Positions 11,401 to 20,500 of a stretch of DNA of 35,675 nt are shown here, piece by piece (the stretch's first letter is position 1; every line of letters begins with the position of its first letter). This DNA comes from Candidatus Micrarchaeaceae archaeon (lineage in GTDB: Archaea > Micrarchaeota > Micrarchaeia > Micrarchaeales > CABMGC01). The notes under the pieces were generated by a model. That model ran no database searches. It was not told the origin of the DNA and saw only the letters and a program-made list of their open reading frames with translations. A program made the position numbers and the translations under genes. The DNA lies in the NCBI GenBank assembly GCA_038730205.1, contig JAVYRW010000002.1, positions 1-35,675 on the forward strand, given 5' to 3'.

Positions 11401-14317
11401 TCTTTATGTATTAGACAACTGGGCAGGCATAATAGGTTATCCTTCACAAGGAAGTAGTACTTACTCTAGTATATTTTCATCACCAGCACAGGGCATATAC
11501 TTTAATATGTTGATGCTTCGTGTAATCAACTCAACTGGTTATGATGTACCAATACAACCTACAAACTTTAATGATATGTTCCAACAAGATACATGTGCAG
11601 TAGCAAATACCACACAAGCAAGTACTTGTTACTCAAATGTCCCTCCAAGTAATTATTGTGTACAAGCAGCACAAAATAGTGGAAATTACTGTATACCTCA
11701 ACCAATCACATCTTTATCTAGCAGACTTTACTGTGAACCAGGATCTATATACTATGGTCAATCATCATTTCAGTTCCAATGCGTATCATCTGGATCATTA
11801 TCTCCTAACTATTATCAAACAGCATCAGCATCATTATACCCTTCAAATACATTTCCACCATACGGTTGGATATTAAGTGCAACAGTATCTGGTTATAACG
11901 GCAATAACAATCCAAAAACATTCAGCTTGTTCGGTGAATCGCAGTATTATTATACTCCAAAAGGAACATGGCTTTTAGGAGGTTACTCTTCTAAAGAAGG
12001 CTATTATCCAATAGGTCCAGAACTGCCTCAACTTCAATGTTCTTCAGGTTTTACTTCTAATTATTGTACAGTACCTCAATTAGAAGGTGTAGGCTTTTCA
12101 ATAAATTATAACAATACTATTGCAATACTTACAGACGGCGGAAATGGTAACCCATCCCAAAATATAGCTAATCTGGTTTATGGGGAGTTAATAATATCTA
12201 GATTTAATATCTTCAATTATACTAATGTTGGTGGTGGTGTAAATTATGTTTGTTATGCTGGACAATACTCTGGCGAACCTTATGGTTCAGGCCCTTGTCA
12301 AATAGCCCCTCAACTTTTTGGAGGTACAAACTCAGGAACTCCTATATTGAGTCCACCTATATATTTAGGTAATAATCCATTCAATTATTATGAATCATTA
12401 GGTGCCCAAAAAGTATTTCAATACGCTAATAATTTATATTCTACATATGGCAGCGGCAAGGGAAGTCCATCGGCAGAAGAAAGTAGTAATTATAATCAAC
12501 AATGTATTAATGAAGTAACAAATGGTCTTACTCCAAGCAACTGTGTTAATGGTTATCCAACTTCATTACCATTAACAAGTATAACTAGTGGAATAACTTC
12601 TGTTACAACTGCAAAACCAATACCTCCATCTGTACCTATACTTGAAAGTAGTATTAGCGGTTTTTCAATAGTTCCTTATGCATATCAAACAACAATAAAA
12701 CAAAGTTGGACAAACTTTAGATTGATATTTGGACTTCCATACTGTCCGGGCTCATTACCTTCTGTTTATTTAAGTAATACACAGACAAATTACGGTTATG
12801 TCTCTACAGCACAAGAAACATCATCCTCATTAACTGCACCAATAGAAGGAGGAAGGAGTTATCTTTCATATGAAAATGCATATCAATCTGGATATTATGT
12901 GCCTAATCTTTCTGATGTAGGTGTTTATTTATCACCACAAATATTCCTTAATATAACTGGTAATAGGTTGTTTTCTGAGTTATATGTTAACGCTACTGAG
13001 TCATTAAATACAAATAAACAATATATTTTAAACGCAACTCAACAAATTAATTACATTGTAAACTTCAATAAAATAGGCAGTAATATGGAGTTCGAAACTA
13101 TAACCTCAAAATCAGTATCACTAACCACACCATCAGCAGCCAATTTACCTTATACTAATAACGTCCCTATAAATACCGGTCTATCCTATACTCCTGTATT
13201 AGTACCTCCTCCTGGTTTTGGAGAAGTTAATTTGTTTAATTGGTATCAACAAATAGTTTATGATAGTCCAATACAACTTTATCTAAATGGATCTTTTGGA
13301 AATATACCTTACGGTTATCATCGATTAATTTTTGTATTCAAAGACAGATTTAATAACACTATTTATGCACCAGTAGACGCTGATATAGCAAGATTAACTG
13401 CAATAAATTTGAGTGTAAATCCAACAGTAGATCCTGCAAATGCTAATCAAACTTCATTAAATATCAACGGAACGGCCGGTTATTATGCAATAAATGCATT
13501 AGGAAATAACTTTTATCCTTTACAAAATGGTTATGTATATTTATATTATGGTCAGAATATTGATTATAATGGAATAAATCCGACAAAAACTGTTGGGACC
13601 GGAAGTGTGCTTTCTGCACAGATGTGTGCATTCGGAACTCCAGGTTCAGTAGGATATCCTAAACAATGTATTTTAGCAAATCCATTAAACGCATCAGAAT
13701 CATTTTCTGGAAATATTATAACATATGCTCCTCAATTTAATAATAAAGGTGAATGTAATACGGCACAGCAGAGCATTATTAATATACCTACTCCTAACTG
13801 TAACATATATACAAATGCAGTATGTCCTATAGGTTCAAACGGACAACATCAGTACTGTGATCCGATTAGTTTTTCAGGAAATGGTTTATGTACAAGCCAA
13901 TTAGGACTTATGGATATAGCAAAAACAAATAGCAATGGACAGTTTTCATTTAATACAGTTGCTTGTGGCATAACACAGTCTCAAGTAATTGCAGATTACT
14001 ATGGTTATCCAGCTCCTGAGCCTGTAATAGCCCAACAATCATTTTTACCAAGCGCAGCTAATCCATCATCTACACAATATACACAATTCTACGTTTACAA
14101 TTACTCCTGGATGCCAAACGAAACAATAACTTTAACACAAATAGGTTTATTTGAGCTTTCATATGGTAATCTAACTATATACGGTATAATTTTAGTAGTT
14201 TTAATAATTATATTATCAATATTCTTAAGAAATAAATCTCAGAAAAGAAAAAGAGTTAATAAATCAAACAAAAATTCAAAAGTAATAAACAACCGTTCAC
14301 GAAGTAAAAAAACTTAG
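5426..14317 (+). CDS. Giant (2963 aa) secreted, C-terminally membrane-anchored cell-surface protein with a Ser/Gln-rich low-complexity region, NHL/YVTN-like beta-propeller blades and Ig-like modules
   Basis: An 8.9-kb uninterrupted ORF in an AT-rich genome is unlikely by chance. The N-terminus has a Sec-type signal peptide (MKNKLLFNLLFFSIIPLFIFSSISGA). The C-terminus has a TM helix (IYGIILVVLIIILSIFL) followed by a polybasic tail (RNKSQKRKRVNKSNKNSKVINNRSRSKKT). Propeller-like blades are EIAVSPNGAQVYLASPQIGAIYVF and RPLAIRDINGYLYVLDNWAG. Ig-like segments are LTIQGSGFEPTGSVSYY and FSITGSQFTPDNSVTLSY. There are Cys-rich C-terminal modules and very many N-x-S/T sequons. Confidence 0.9.
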   Translation: MKNKLLFNLLFFSIIPLFIFSSISGASNPYQPSVILNDNVSNTLVSNVPVFTTYLKNISTNATISEKTFNQNQLPAIIYMPNQTMLYYKLACSFTTGSTTHYYQNYSINTVNLPCTDYYYALSGSETLFYSNGTTSQYNISTQSITPTQPNYSSGGSGLVSNYNVSQLTNSATASSQSITQAYTNILNQALTGQNSTTNSTSINQISNLIPITPATINIPPQTLIIPLKNGEQITINIPEISEQMNVSSAIQAAFQSSMQSSIDTAMQQASSNLQSAIQSDIQSSIQSSLGSTQETSGFGAALSGSISSAMSVAIENEMYSALSGQIGQSITSQTIPQLVSMAQATISSNLESQLNTYIYQGIYSLEPTMSSSEVQSLTDSIIPSVVTGTESSIDNYITSAFYSNTGSLITPQLLNTISTQASTSIIGSATGYLGSYINSNEQNIISQLPTPIANQQFTSIISSAITSNLNTALQSSLQNAFNGQFQTLIQNNLQTGLSSLPTSLPTQLTNAEVQSLSSSLSSSLSQSLTQSLSSSLSQSLSQNLAYGLSQDISQSISSSLSQSLSQSISQTFSQSFSQSIAQSISSSLSQSLSQSLSQEVLNVIPQQLSSSFTSSLEQQLAPTIGSSLASQIGSNLQAGLEQSISSSIQQSLSSSFEQNIQNSLSSNLESNIYPQFQNNLFNNMNNYLQQQLPQSISSSLNTAIYQGIQSNLQNYISQDLSQNIQSSLQNSLSTLLPQSLASNLGTSITESVVQSLSSSLSESLSQTLQNGLSNGLSQSIGQSLSQSLSSSLYSSFSTTLPQTISTSLTSGITSYLGSSLSSSIGPSLASSIDSSLSGALQNSIYNGFSNGLTLQLPSTLFNYLGSSLSSTLLSSISSSISSSISQSIISILPNSFSYIASQAITSNINNLVNGIGNGIGTGVFSSSTITSITNGVSISISQTVPTAISSALSSELSNYLPGSLGSSLGSSIGQSLSTSVVSSISNTFGSAWANSGTSTTSAITSSLSTNLQSTVTNYMGSLTGSIQQSINNYLANGLSSYLTGELSSSLQSILGNNAAKAIQIASTIYNAYSDYSSYFQSSSASIASSLLSTSWLSIWGVLATGNFPLGESFQTTYSGAQNDKIVQTTSQTYQTSQVNSINANNIQDSETYLSCPTTITNNNPTNIFTNPGSFVGGNQCINPVNSLTTQLQITTYVHDRFFIPFSTVGGLSITNPGFTLADVISYTPEIDGELSNGFSTTSYIFQNVPSFAQHALWSWSTPYPNFANAKSTSATYTNGFQFLPLVVCNYMFTYSVTTNLNWIKNIDIPFEYLGSNGAILNVGTPILPDLTYNFNISLKNQNGVAEPNLTNFRYSTITPYHYSTPQNTLEPFPITLQGTFIAAYNSSGSSPYGSYEFNRTGEGINTNTQKAYQFMSSNDQMISIASLPNDYIYVLYLNKSNAGEILLTSQQGNYDNNYANVTNESISQNPSQNNSLSFTKETNAYQNNSKYTESFQSTYNPQITAILNPSTNQLTIQGSGFEPTGSVSYYIVPYVGSPTTQSNYDGQVLQKGTVENYVNSSGSFTKQITLSSSLTNYPYQIYLEEQVAITSSIETLGGAVQPYNYYFSNYATISPNPYINAVYTGKSNTFSITGSQFTPDNSVTLSYEILSTSSSGGFLNGAPRFYGTTSVIATSTGGISATLPVYPSNQSYIASISAIDSYTKTSSNKVNIQVSSSNKVEKSLGTYDIAVFRVYNNTYYNTTIPLPNNDISCGSSSSGCQSIWNTEWDNYWSTIIDKGGGNIEQVNNIPLHINDIVNPISTYRAFNLYNISLDYQGDIFIASTETYDGVTNSLIMKYTNRNDVSPNVNTLNNLYCTSISCLTPSFNYKDTINNNQLNEIAVSPNGAQVYLASPQIGAIYVFSGNDLSYSSTINLGFFKDSSGAPPSPTTSSSNPIGTPALASLNIYYWLQNGGLYGQTPDWLSSYNLQPTYDLDKNSFHRPLAIRDINGYLYVLDNWAGIIGYPSQGSSTYSSIFSSPAQGIYFNMLMLRVINSTGYDVPIQPTNFNDMFQQDTCAVANTTQASTCYSNVPPSNYCVQAAQNSGNYCIPQPITSLSSRLYCEPGSIYYGQSSFQFQCVSSGSLSPNYYQTASASLYPSNTFPPYGWILSATVSGYNGNNNPKTFSLFGESQYYYTPKGTWLLGGYSSKEGYYPIGPELPQLQCSSGFTSNYCTVPQLEGVGFSINYNNTIAILTDGGNGNPSQNIANLVYGELIISRFNIFNYTNVGGGVNYVCYAGQYSGEPYGSGPCQIAPQLFGGTNSGTPILSPPIYLGNNPFNYYESLGAQKVFQYANNLYSTYGSGKGSPSAEESSNYNQQCINEVTNGLTPSNCVNGYPTSLPLTSITSGITSVTTAKPIPPSVPILESSISGFSIVPYAYQTTIKQSWTNFRLIFGLPYCPGSLPSVYLSNTQTNYGYVSTAQETSSSLTAPIEGGRSYLSYENAYQSGYYVPNLSDVGVYLSPQIFLNITGNRLFSELYVNATESLNTNKQYILNATQQINYIVNFNKIGSNMEFETITSKSVSLTTPSAANLPYTNNVPINTGLSYTPVLVPPPGFGEVNLFNWYQQIVYDSPIQLYLNGSFGNIPYGYHRLIFVFKDRFNNTIYAPVDADIARLTAINLSVNPTVDPANANQTSLNINGTAGYYAINALGNNFYPLQNGYVYLYYGQNIDYNGINPTKTVGTGSVLSAQMCAFGTPGSVGYPKQCILANPLNASESFSGNIITYAPQFNNKGECNTAQQSIINIPTPNCNIYTNAVCPIGSNGQHQYCDPISFSGNGLCTSQLGLMDIAKTNSNGQFSFNTVACGITQSQVIADYYGYPAPEPVIAQQSFLPSAANPSSTQYTQFYVYNYSWMPNETITLTQIGLFELSYGNLTIYGIILVVLIIILSIFLRNKSQKRKRVNKSNKNSKVINNRSRSKKT
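6971..7222 (+). repeat. Degenerate 12-nt / tetrapeptide repeat (S-Q-S-hydrophobic)n inside the giant gene
   Basis: The translation reads SLSSSLSSSLSQSLTQSLSSSLSQSLSQNLAYGLSQDISQSISSSLSQSLSQSISQTFSQSFSQSIAQSISSSLSQSLSQSLSQ. All six Ser codons and several Leu codons are used, so the repeat is conserved at peptide level rather than DNA level. Confidence 0.85.
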
Positions 14318-14326
14318 ACTTAAATT

Positions 14327-14452
14327 TTATTCTTCGTCGTCTTCGTCTTCTTCCCAGTCGTCGTCTGAGTCATCTTCGCTTTCATCATCCCAGTCGTCAT
14401 CGTCTGAGTCATCTGCTAACTGCTTTCTAGCTATAGGGTATATTGTTACCAT
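14327..14452 (-). CDS. Unannotated 41-aa hyperacidic micro-protein (MVTIYPIARKQLADDSDDDDWDDESEDDSDDDWEEDEDDEE)
   Basis: It runs ATG (14450-14452, minus) to TAA (14327-14329) and falls below the ORF-track length cutoff. By my count 56 of 126 nt are G/C (44%), within an otherwise very AT-rich 300-nt spacer. The motif DDSDDD(D)W is duplicated in one frame. A TATA-like TTTATAAT lies about 32 nt upstream on the minus strand. Confidence 0.55.
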   Translation of the reverse strand: MVTIYPIARKQLADDSDDDDWDDESEDDSDDDWEEDEDDEE

Positions 14453-14480
14453 ATATATCACTGTAGATATTTAGATAGGT

Positions 14481-14488
14481 ATTATAAA
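14481..14488 (-). promoter_or_regulatory. Candidate TATA box (TTTATAAT on the minus strand) for the acidic micro-ORF
   Basis: The plus strand reads attataaa. The element is centred about 32 nt upstream of the minus-strand ATG at 14452, which fits a leaderless or short-leader transcript. Confidence 0.3.
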
Positions 14489-14586
14489 TAAAATATTTAA
14501 ATCTATTGGATTTTGTTTTTTACAAAAATTCATAGATATTTAAATTAAAAAATACTAGAAATCAACAAAGATATAAAAACATAAAC

Positions 14587-14594
14587 TATATAAT
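14587..14594 (+). promoter_or_regulatory. Candidate TATA box (TATATAAT) for tRNA-Ala
   Basis: It is centred about 28 nt upstream of the tRNA 5' end at 14619, the typical archaeal TATA-to-TSS spacing. Confidence 0.4.
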
Positions 14595-14618
14595 CTTTAA
14601 AGTCAAATATTCAAACAT

Positions 14619-14723
14619 GGGCTTGTGGCGCAGCGGCAGCGCGCCCGCTTTGCAAGTAATTAAAAAAAGTTTTATTGAAACCAAACAAGCGGAAGGTCGC
14701 GGGTTCGAATCCCGCCAAGTCCA
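14619..14723 (+). tRNA. tRNA-Ala (anticodon UGC) with a 33-nt intron at canonical position 37/38
   Basis: The cloverleaf was folded by hand. Acceptor GGGCTTG/CAAGTCC includes the Ala identity pair G3:U70. D-stem is GCGC/GCGC, anticodon stem CCCGC/GCGGA, anticodon TGC at 14651-14653, T-arm GCGGG-TTCGAAT-CCCGC, discriminator A, and no CCA is encoded. A 4-bp helix TTTG (14649-14652) / CAAA (14682-14685) is flanked by two 3-nt CA|A bulges, a canonical bulge-helix-bulge core. Confidence 0.9.
14655..14687 (+). other. tRNA-Ala intron (33 nt, BHB-type)
   Basis: This is the sequence between position 37 (A14654) and position 38 (A14688). The A/A junction makes the exact boundary ambiguous by 1 nt. Confidence 0.8.
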
Positions 14724-14877
14724 GTATTTTAATTAAATATTTATATAAAATTAACATCAGATAATTTTAATATATAACTAATACTATTTAATTGTTAAAA
14801 TATTATTTTATATTTTTATTTATTACTAAATTTATATATTAATGTTAATTACATAATAATTAAAACTTTAGATTTTT

Positions 14878-15369
14878 ATGTCACAAACTCAATTTATAAC
14901 TTCAGGTTTATCACTACAAGATATAGGTATACTTCTTGTTATAGTTATATTATACATTATATATAGAATTTATAAAAACACAAAAGGAATTCAGTATACT
15001 CAAAAAAATATATATCGTGGGCCTGTAATATATTTAATTTTAGTATTTTTAGGATTGCTATCATTTAATACTAATTATATTGATTTTATAATAGTAATTT
15101 TTTCAATAATTTTAGGTTATTTTATAGGGAGAAAGTTATCTGTTGGTGTAAAATTTTTTGAAAAGAACGGTATCACATTTTACAAAAGATCTCCATTAAT
15201 ACTTGAAATATGGCTTATATCTTTTTTAGCAAGATTCATAATTGAAATATTATATCCTAACATATTTATTTTATCTTTAATAACTGAAATTATTTTAGCA
15301 TTAACTACCGGTTTGATTTTAGGAGAAGCATATCATATTGTAATTTCACACAAACAAAAGAAAAATTAA
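14878..15369 (+). CDS. Small polytopic membrane protein (4-5 TM), tentatively DUF1453/CcdC-like
   Basis: The 163-aa product has hydrophobic segments IGILLVIVILYIIY, VIYLILVFLGLL, FIIVIFSIILGYFIG, LILEIWLISFLARFII and LITEIILALTTGLILG. The segment FFEKNGITFYKRSP followed by a TM helix resembles my recollection of CcdC-family proteins. This was not verified. Confidence 0.6.
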   Translation: MSQTQFITSGLSLQDIGILLVIVILYIIYRIYKNTKGIQYTQKNIYRGPVIYLILVFLGLLSFNTNYIDFIIVIFSIILGYFIGRKLSVGVKFFEKNGITFYKRSPLILEIWLISFLARFIIEILYPNIFILSLITEIILALTTGLILGEAYHIVISHKQKKN

Positions 15370-15448
15370 GTAATTATCTATGTAAAAATAAGTAGTATTA
15401 TTAAACTATATAAATATGATGTGAATATTATACTTCATAGATGTTTTG

Positions 15449-17554
15449 ATGAAAGGTATACTTTTTACAACAGATGCGATTTTTTCATTATTAATAGTTG
15501 CATTCGCAATTACAATCCTTTCCTACTTCGTTTTTACTCCAGATTCAAATTTAAACATAAGTTTTTCTAAAGTAGATTCAATTCTTTCTTTATTTACTTC
15601 TACAAACATTAAAACATTATCAGCACAAAGTTCTTTTAATAATAATTTATTACGAACTGTAGAACAAAGTCAATGGACACAAATTGGCGAAAATTCTTCC
15701 AGGTCATATACTAATCCTTCTGGACCAAATTATCCATTTATTCTTTACTCATATTATGTTCCTAATGGTATTACTACTAATTTGGTAAGTTCATTTGGAA
15801 CCATCTATTTCGGATCAAAAAATCAAATTTTTGCAATAAACAGTAGCACAGGAAAAACAAGTTGGATAAATACACCATTTATAACTTCAAATACTGTTTT
15901 ACAACCTAACTCATTAAACATCTATTCTGGTCAACTTATCTACACTAATGGGACTCAAGTTCATGCCGTTTCATTAAATAATGATAGCTATATTTGGAAT
16001 TATTCATTAACTAATAATTATGTTATAACCTCTTCTCCTTTAATTTTTAATAATCAAATTTACTTTGGTGCTTCAGATGGTTCAACATATCAAATATACT
16101 CAATAAATACATTTAATGGATCATTTTCAAAAAATGTTATAACTCAATTTCCAATACTTTATTTAGGTCAATTAAATGGTTCTATAATAGCTACGGATTT
16201 AAATGGCAATATGCTTTCAATGAACTTTAATAGCACATTAATGTCAAAAATTGCACAAAGTGGTCCCACAATTCCATTTACTACCCAGGGTTCTTATATT
16301 ACTCTTGAAAACGGAACCCAATTTTGTAAATCTTCTGCATCATTTGTAGAAGAATGTACTCCACACGGACTCACAACTAACTTTGCAATTTCCAAAAGCG
16401 AATATAACAATTTAAGACTTCTTCCTAATGAATTATTCGATATAGAAAAACCCGGGACTTTAAATTGGGTTTATAATACAAATTTAAATACAGGAAATAC
16501 AGTAGGAAATCCAATAATATCTAATAATACTGTTTATACTATTTGGAATGACGGTTTTATTCTTGCAAATAATTTATCTAACGGCGACTTAATTTTTAAA
16601 ACTCAAACACCTTCAAATACTTTAAAATCAATGATACTTTCTGATGGTATATTGTCAGTGGCTTCTGCAAATCATATTTACTCATTTGGAAGTTGTTTTT
16701 CAAATACAAATGCAAGTTTAGTATACGCATTAACCTATTTATACTCAAAAGGTTTTGGTAGCTGTGCAACCTATTTATCTTACTCGGAATATCCATCAGA
16801 TAATTACGGTGTTCAAATTAACGGGGTGTATGGGCCTTCAAATACACTTTTACAGTATTCTGGAAACTCTTTTACAGAATTTAATGATACTATTAATGTC
16901 TATACACTTTATTTGGGTTCCGGCGGATCAGGTCTTTCTTTAGGAAGTGGATTTACACCAAACACTTGGTACTCAATTGGAGTTGTAAATAATGTTTCTC
17001 TTGGAACTATTTCTCTGTATATAAATGGTAAAGAAATCAATAGTCAATCGTCAACTATATCTAATGATTACTCTTTATCAGAATGGATTTATCCACAAAA
17101 TACAGTTTCATTACAATATATTAACGGAATGTTTGCTAGTTTTGGAGCGGATAATAGCTTATTAGTCGGTTGCGCATCAGTTCCATGTATAAACGGTTTT
17201 AATGGTATTATAACTAATTTACAACTTTATTCAGGCACCCTTACTTATAGTAATTTATCTAATATTTATCAAGAAGGTATAGCAAACTATCCTGTTTCAA
17301 ATATGGGTCTTTATGCGTGGTTACCTTTAGAAGGAGATACTAATGATTATTCCGGATTAGGACATACTGGTTATAACTCAAATGTTACATATACTTATTT
17401 ACAATATACTCCTCCATTAATATCTTCTTCACAATCAATATCTCAAGTATCTATACTTTCTCCTGTAAAAAATACTCAATCAATAATAGGGGCTCCAATT
17501 TCAAGTTCACAGGGAGGTAAATTATATAAATTCGGTGTATTTACATGGCAATAA
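15449..17554 (+). CDS. Type IV prepilin-like (class III signal peptide) surface protein with PQQ-like beta-propeller and LamG/ConA-like domain
   Basis: The N-terminus MKG|ILFTTDAIFSLLIVAFAITIL has a basic residue and Gly followed by a roughly 20-aa hydrophobic helix with an FxxDA-type motif. Propeller repeats are IYFGSKNQIFAINSSTGKTSW, QVHAVSLNNDSYIW, QIYFGASDGSTYQIYSINTFNG and NTVYTIWNDGFILANNLSNGDL. The LamG_3-type end motif is GFNGIITNLQLYSGTLTYSNLSNIYQEGI. The ORF track starts at TTG 15446, but the ATG at 15449 is preferred. Confidence 0.7.
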   Translation: MKGILFTTDAIFSLLIVAFAITILSYFVFTPDSNLNISFSKVDSILSLFTSTNIKTLSAQSSFNNNLLRTVEQSQWTQIGENSSRSYTNPSGPNYPFILYSYYVPNGITTNLVSSFGTIYFGSKNQIFAINSSTGKTSWINTPFITSNTVLQPNSLNIYSGQLIYTNGTQVHAVSLNNDSYIWNYSLTNNYVITSSPLIFNNQIYFGASDGSTYQIYSINTFNGSFSKNVITQFPILYLGQLNGSIIATDLNGNMLSMNFNSTLMSKIAQSGPTIPFTTQGSYITLENGTQFCKSSASFVEECTPHGLTTNFAISKSEYNNLRLLPNELFDIEKPGTLNWVYNTNLNTGNTVGNPIISNNTVYTIWNDGFILANNLSNGDLIFKTQTPSNTLKSMILSDGILSVASANHIYSFGSCFSNTNASLVYALTYLYSKGFGSCATYLSYSEYPSDNYGVQINGVYGPSNTLLQYSGNSFTEFNDTINVYTLYLGSGGSGLSLGSGFTPNTWYSIGVVNNVSLGTISLYINGKEINSQSSTISNDYSLSEWIYPQNTVSLQYINGMFASFGADNSLLVGCASVPCINGFNGIITNLQLYSGTLTYSNLSNIYQEGIANYPVSNMGLYAWLPLEGDTNDYSGLGHTGYNSNVTYTYLQYTPPLISSSQSISQVSILSPVKNTQSIIGAPISSSQGGKLYKFGVFTWQ

Positions 17555-20500
17555 AAAATAATTTATTTATTTATTTAATTATATTCTCAAAAAGTTCTAA
17601 AAAAGGACAGCTTTTTACATTAACAACTTTAATACTTTTTATATTAATGTTGTCTGTATTATTTTCATTTGTTTTTATCGAAACTCAATATTACTCTCAA
17701 CAACAAAATATTGCTATTTCATCAGGACAATTAAATATTTTACAATCAATAAATACAACCGCAAGAGAATTCGGATCAGATTCATCAAAACAAGCACTTT
17801 CTGTACTTTCTTATTATGAATATAATGCAAGTATGAGAAATGATAATTTCATAAATAATTTAACTTTATATTTGCATTATTTAATCTCTAACGGTACGCT
17901 CCCAAATGTGAAATCAAATTCACCCTCAGCAGCATATCTAAGTAATGCTATGGGTAATTTAACATTTTCACAATATAATCAATCACTTGTTAATTATTAC
18001 AGTTCTTTAGGTATACAATCGGTAAATGAAACAAACTTTCAAATATCTCAATCTAATCCCTATACGTTATCATTAAATTATATAGAAAATATAATTTTTA
18101 ATCAAACAGGAATTCCATCAAAATATACTTTGCCTGTAAATATAAATATAAATCTTACTGGAAAATATGATTTATTTTATCTGCAACAAGGAATATTAAG
18201 AAATATAAATTTTGCAAATATAAATAATCAAACACAAGTAATAACGGGAGGTTATGCTGTTTCAGGTTCTAACTTCGGTGAACAATACGGTACTGTAGTT
18301 TTAGTAACTGACAATTCGTGTCCATCTTATACTACTGCAGAAGAATCAAGCATGATACTTGTAGCAAATCAATTATCTGGACTTAGTTCTTGTTACAACA
18401 ACTTCGAAGGTGTAATAACAAATCAAAGTGAAAATTTTTTAACGATCCCTTACTTAATTTATTCACAAAACACAGTATTAACAAATTATTTCTTAAACGG
18501 AACAAATATAGAACTTTATCCTAAACAATTAGAAGCTTTAAACATACAAAATTTAATTAATTCAGTATCTAACAATTACTATTTTACTTCACCTTTTACC
18601 TCTTCGTATATTCAAAGAGCTTCAGATATTGTCAATTCATCTAATTATGGTATATTTAATCTTCCAAATAATGAAAGAACCGTAGCAACATTTAATGGTT
18701 TAACTGATATTGTATTATCGCCTTCAGCTAATTTAAAAGTCCCAGTATCAAATAATGGCTTATCAATAAACTTATGGGTTCTTCCTGGTAATTTTGAGCA
18801 AAACAACGCCGGATTAATAACAACAGGTGCAGGATGTGGCATTAATCTATTATTTGCAACTGCAAATAAAATTCAGACTACAAATAATTGTGGTAATTTT
18901 CAAACAGGAAGTTATCAATTTACTCCAAATGTTTGGTATGATATAGGTTTAACAATAACGTCTGGTTCTTCTCCAACTTTATCATTATATGTAAATGGGA
19001 ATCAAATAGTTAGTTCAGCTACATTTTTTTCATCAGGAACCTCTTGGACAACCATGTACTTAGGAAGTAATTTAGGCTCAGAGTTTTTTAACGGTTCTTT
19101 ATCTAATATACAAATATACAACACATCTCTTTCTAAACCTTCTATGTTTTTACTTTATAAAAGAAACCTCAATGGGCTTCCTATTTCAAATAATGGTTTA
19201 GTCGGTTGGTGGTCTTTGAATGGCAATACTAAAGATTTAAGCGGTCAAAACACTATTACAACTTCATCAACAGTAGCATTTACAAATAAAATCAACGGTT
19301 TACCAACAATCAATGTAACTTACTTTAACGGAGTTAATTCTTATTTTTCATTACCTGCAGAGGTATTTAATTATATAACAAGTGGAAGTGGAAATACATA
19401 TACATCTTCTTTCGCAATTTGGTTTAAATCTACAAGCGATGGTGTAATTTTAGGACAACAAAATACTCAAGTTGGGTCATCTCCTTCTGGTTTTGTACCA
19501 TCAATATATTTAGATACAAACGGTATTTTAAGATCAAGTTTATTTTGGCATGGTTCACCTTCTGATCAAATAGTATCTACAACTCCTTATAATGATGGTA
19601 ATTGGCATTTACTTGTTGATACGTACTCAAATGGAATTGAAACATTGTATGTAGATGGTAAGGAAATAGGTACGGATTCTTATCCAGAACAAAGTTACTC
19701 AAGTACATATTTTTATCAATTAGGTACTGGATACACTTCAACATGGCCATCGGCACAAACTGGTTGGTTTTATTTTAAAGGAGAGTTAGCAAATGCACAG
19801 GTATACAGTACATTATTATCGCCACAACAAATACAGCAAATGTATAATGCTGGAGTAAGTTCGGGGCCTATAAGCTTTTCTGGCTTAACTGGTTGGTGGC
19901 CACTAAATGATAACTTTAACGATGTAATTAATACTGAACCTTTAAGTTATCCAAACGGGGTGACATTTACTTCTCTTAACGGTTCAGTAATAACTTCGCA
20001 AAACGATAATCTAAATTCAGTTAAAGTTCCTGGAATTTATTGTACAAATGAATTTTCCTGTTTTGATTCTAATACTGGTGGTGTATATTTGGGAAATTCT
20101 CCATTAGTAATTGGTTCTAAATTACAGGTAGCTCAATTTAAAACATATTCATTTATAACAGCTAATATTCCTTTATCTGGAAATTTTGGTTTATCTATGT
20201 GGGTTCTTCCTGGTAAAACAACTTCAGAAGAGTATCCAGTAAGTTTTTCTGGAGTTAACGGAATAACTATCACAACTTCTTCAGGAATAAATAAATTTGT
20301 TTTAACTGATGGCGTTAATACACTTTCATCAACATCAATAAATCCTATGTCTTGGTATTATGTTGCAGTCACAAAAAACGGAAATTCTTATACATTATAT
20401 CTAAATAATACTGAAGAAGGCACTTCTAACATGGCAACAATTCCAATAAACAACTTTACATTAGGTTCTTTGTTTAATTTAGCCGATGGTTTCAATGGTT

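Noticed and set aside
11637-11876. Same-strand out-of-frame ORFs nested inside real genes: 11637-11876 in the giant gene, plus 16755-16943 and 20926-21123.
   Set aside because: They are alternative frames of long, motif-supported ORFs. Their translations are His-, Tyr- or Leu-rich nonsense, and there is no evidence of frameshifting signals.
14327-14452. A functional link between the hyperacidic peptide C-terminus (DEDDEE) and the TPR domain of the AAA ATPase, by analogy with Hop/CHIP-type carboxylate clamps binding EEVD tails.
   Set aside because: The TPR repeats at 3828-4230 lack the clamp pattern. The first repeat has G-K rather than the clamp Asn, and the third repeat has no Lys or Arg at the clamp positions. 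The genes are 9 kb apart on opposite strands. This is pure speculation.
14318-14723. tRNA-Ala as an integration site marking the surface locus as a genomic island or mobile element.
   Set aside because: I found no integrase, transposase or phage-like genes, and no duplicated copy of the tRNA 3' half or flanking direct repeats in the window. Composition looks uniform by eye. This cannot be excluded without whole-genome comparison.
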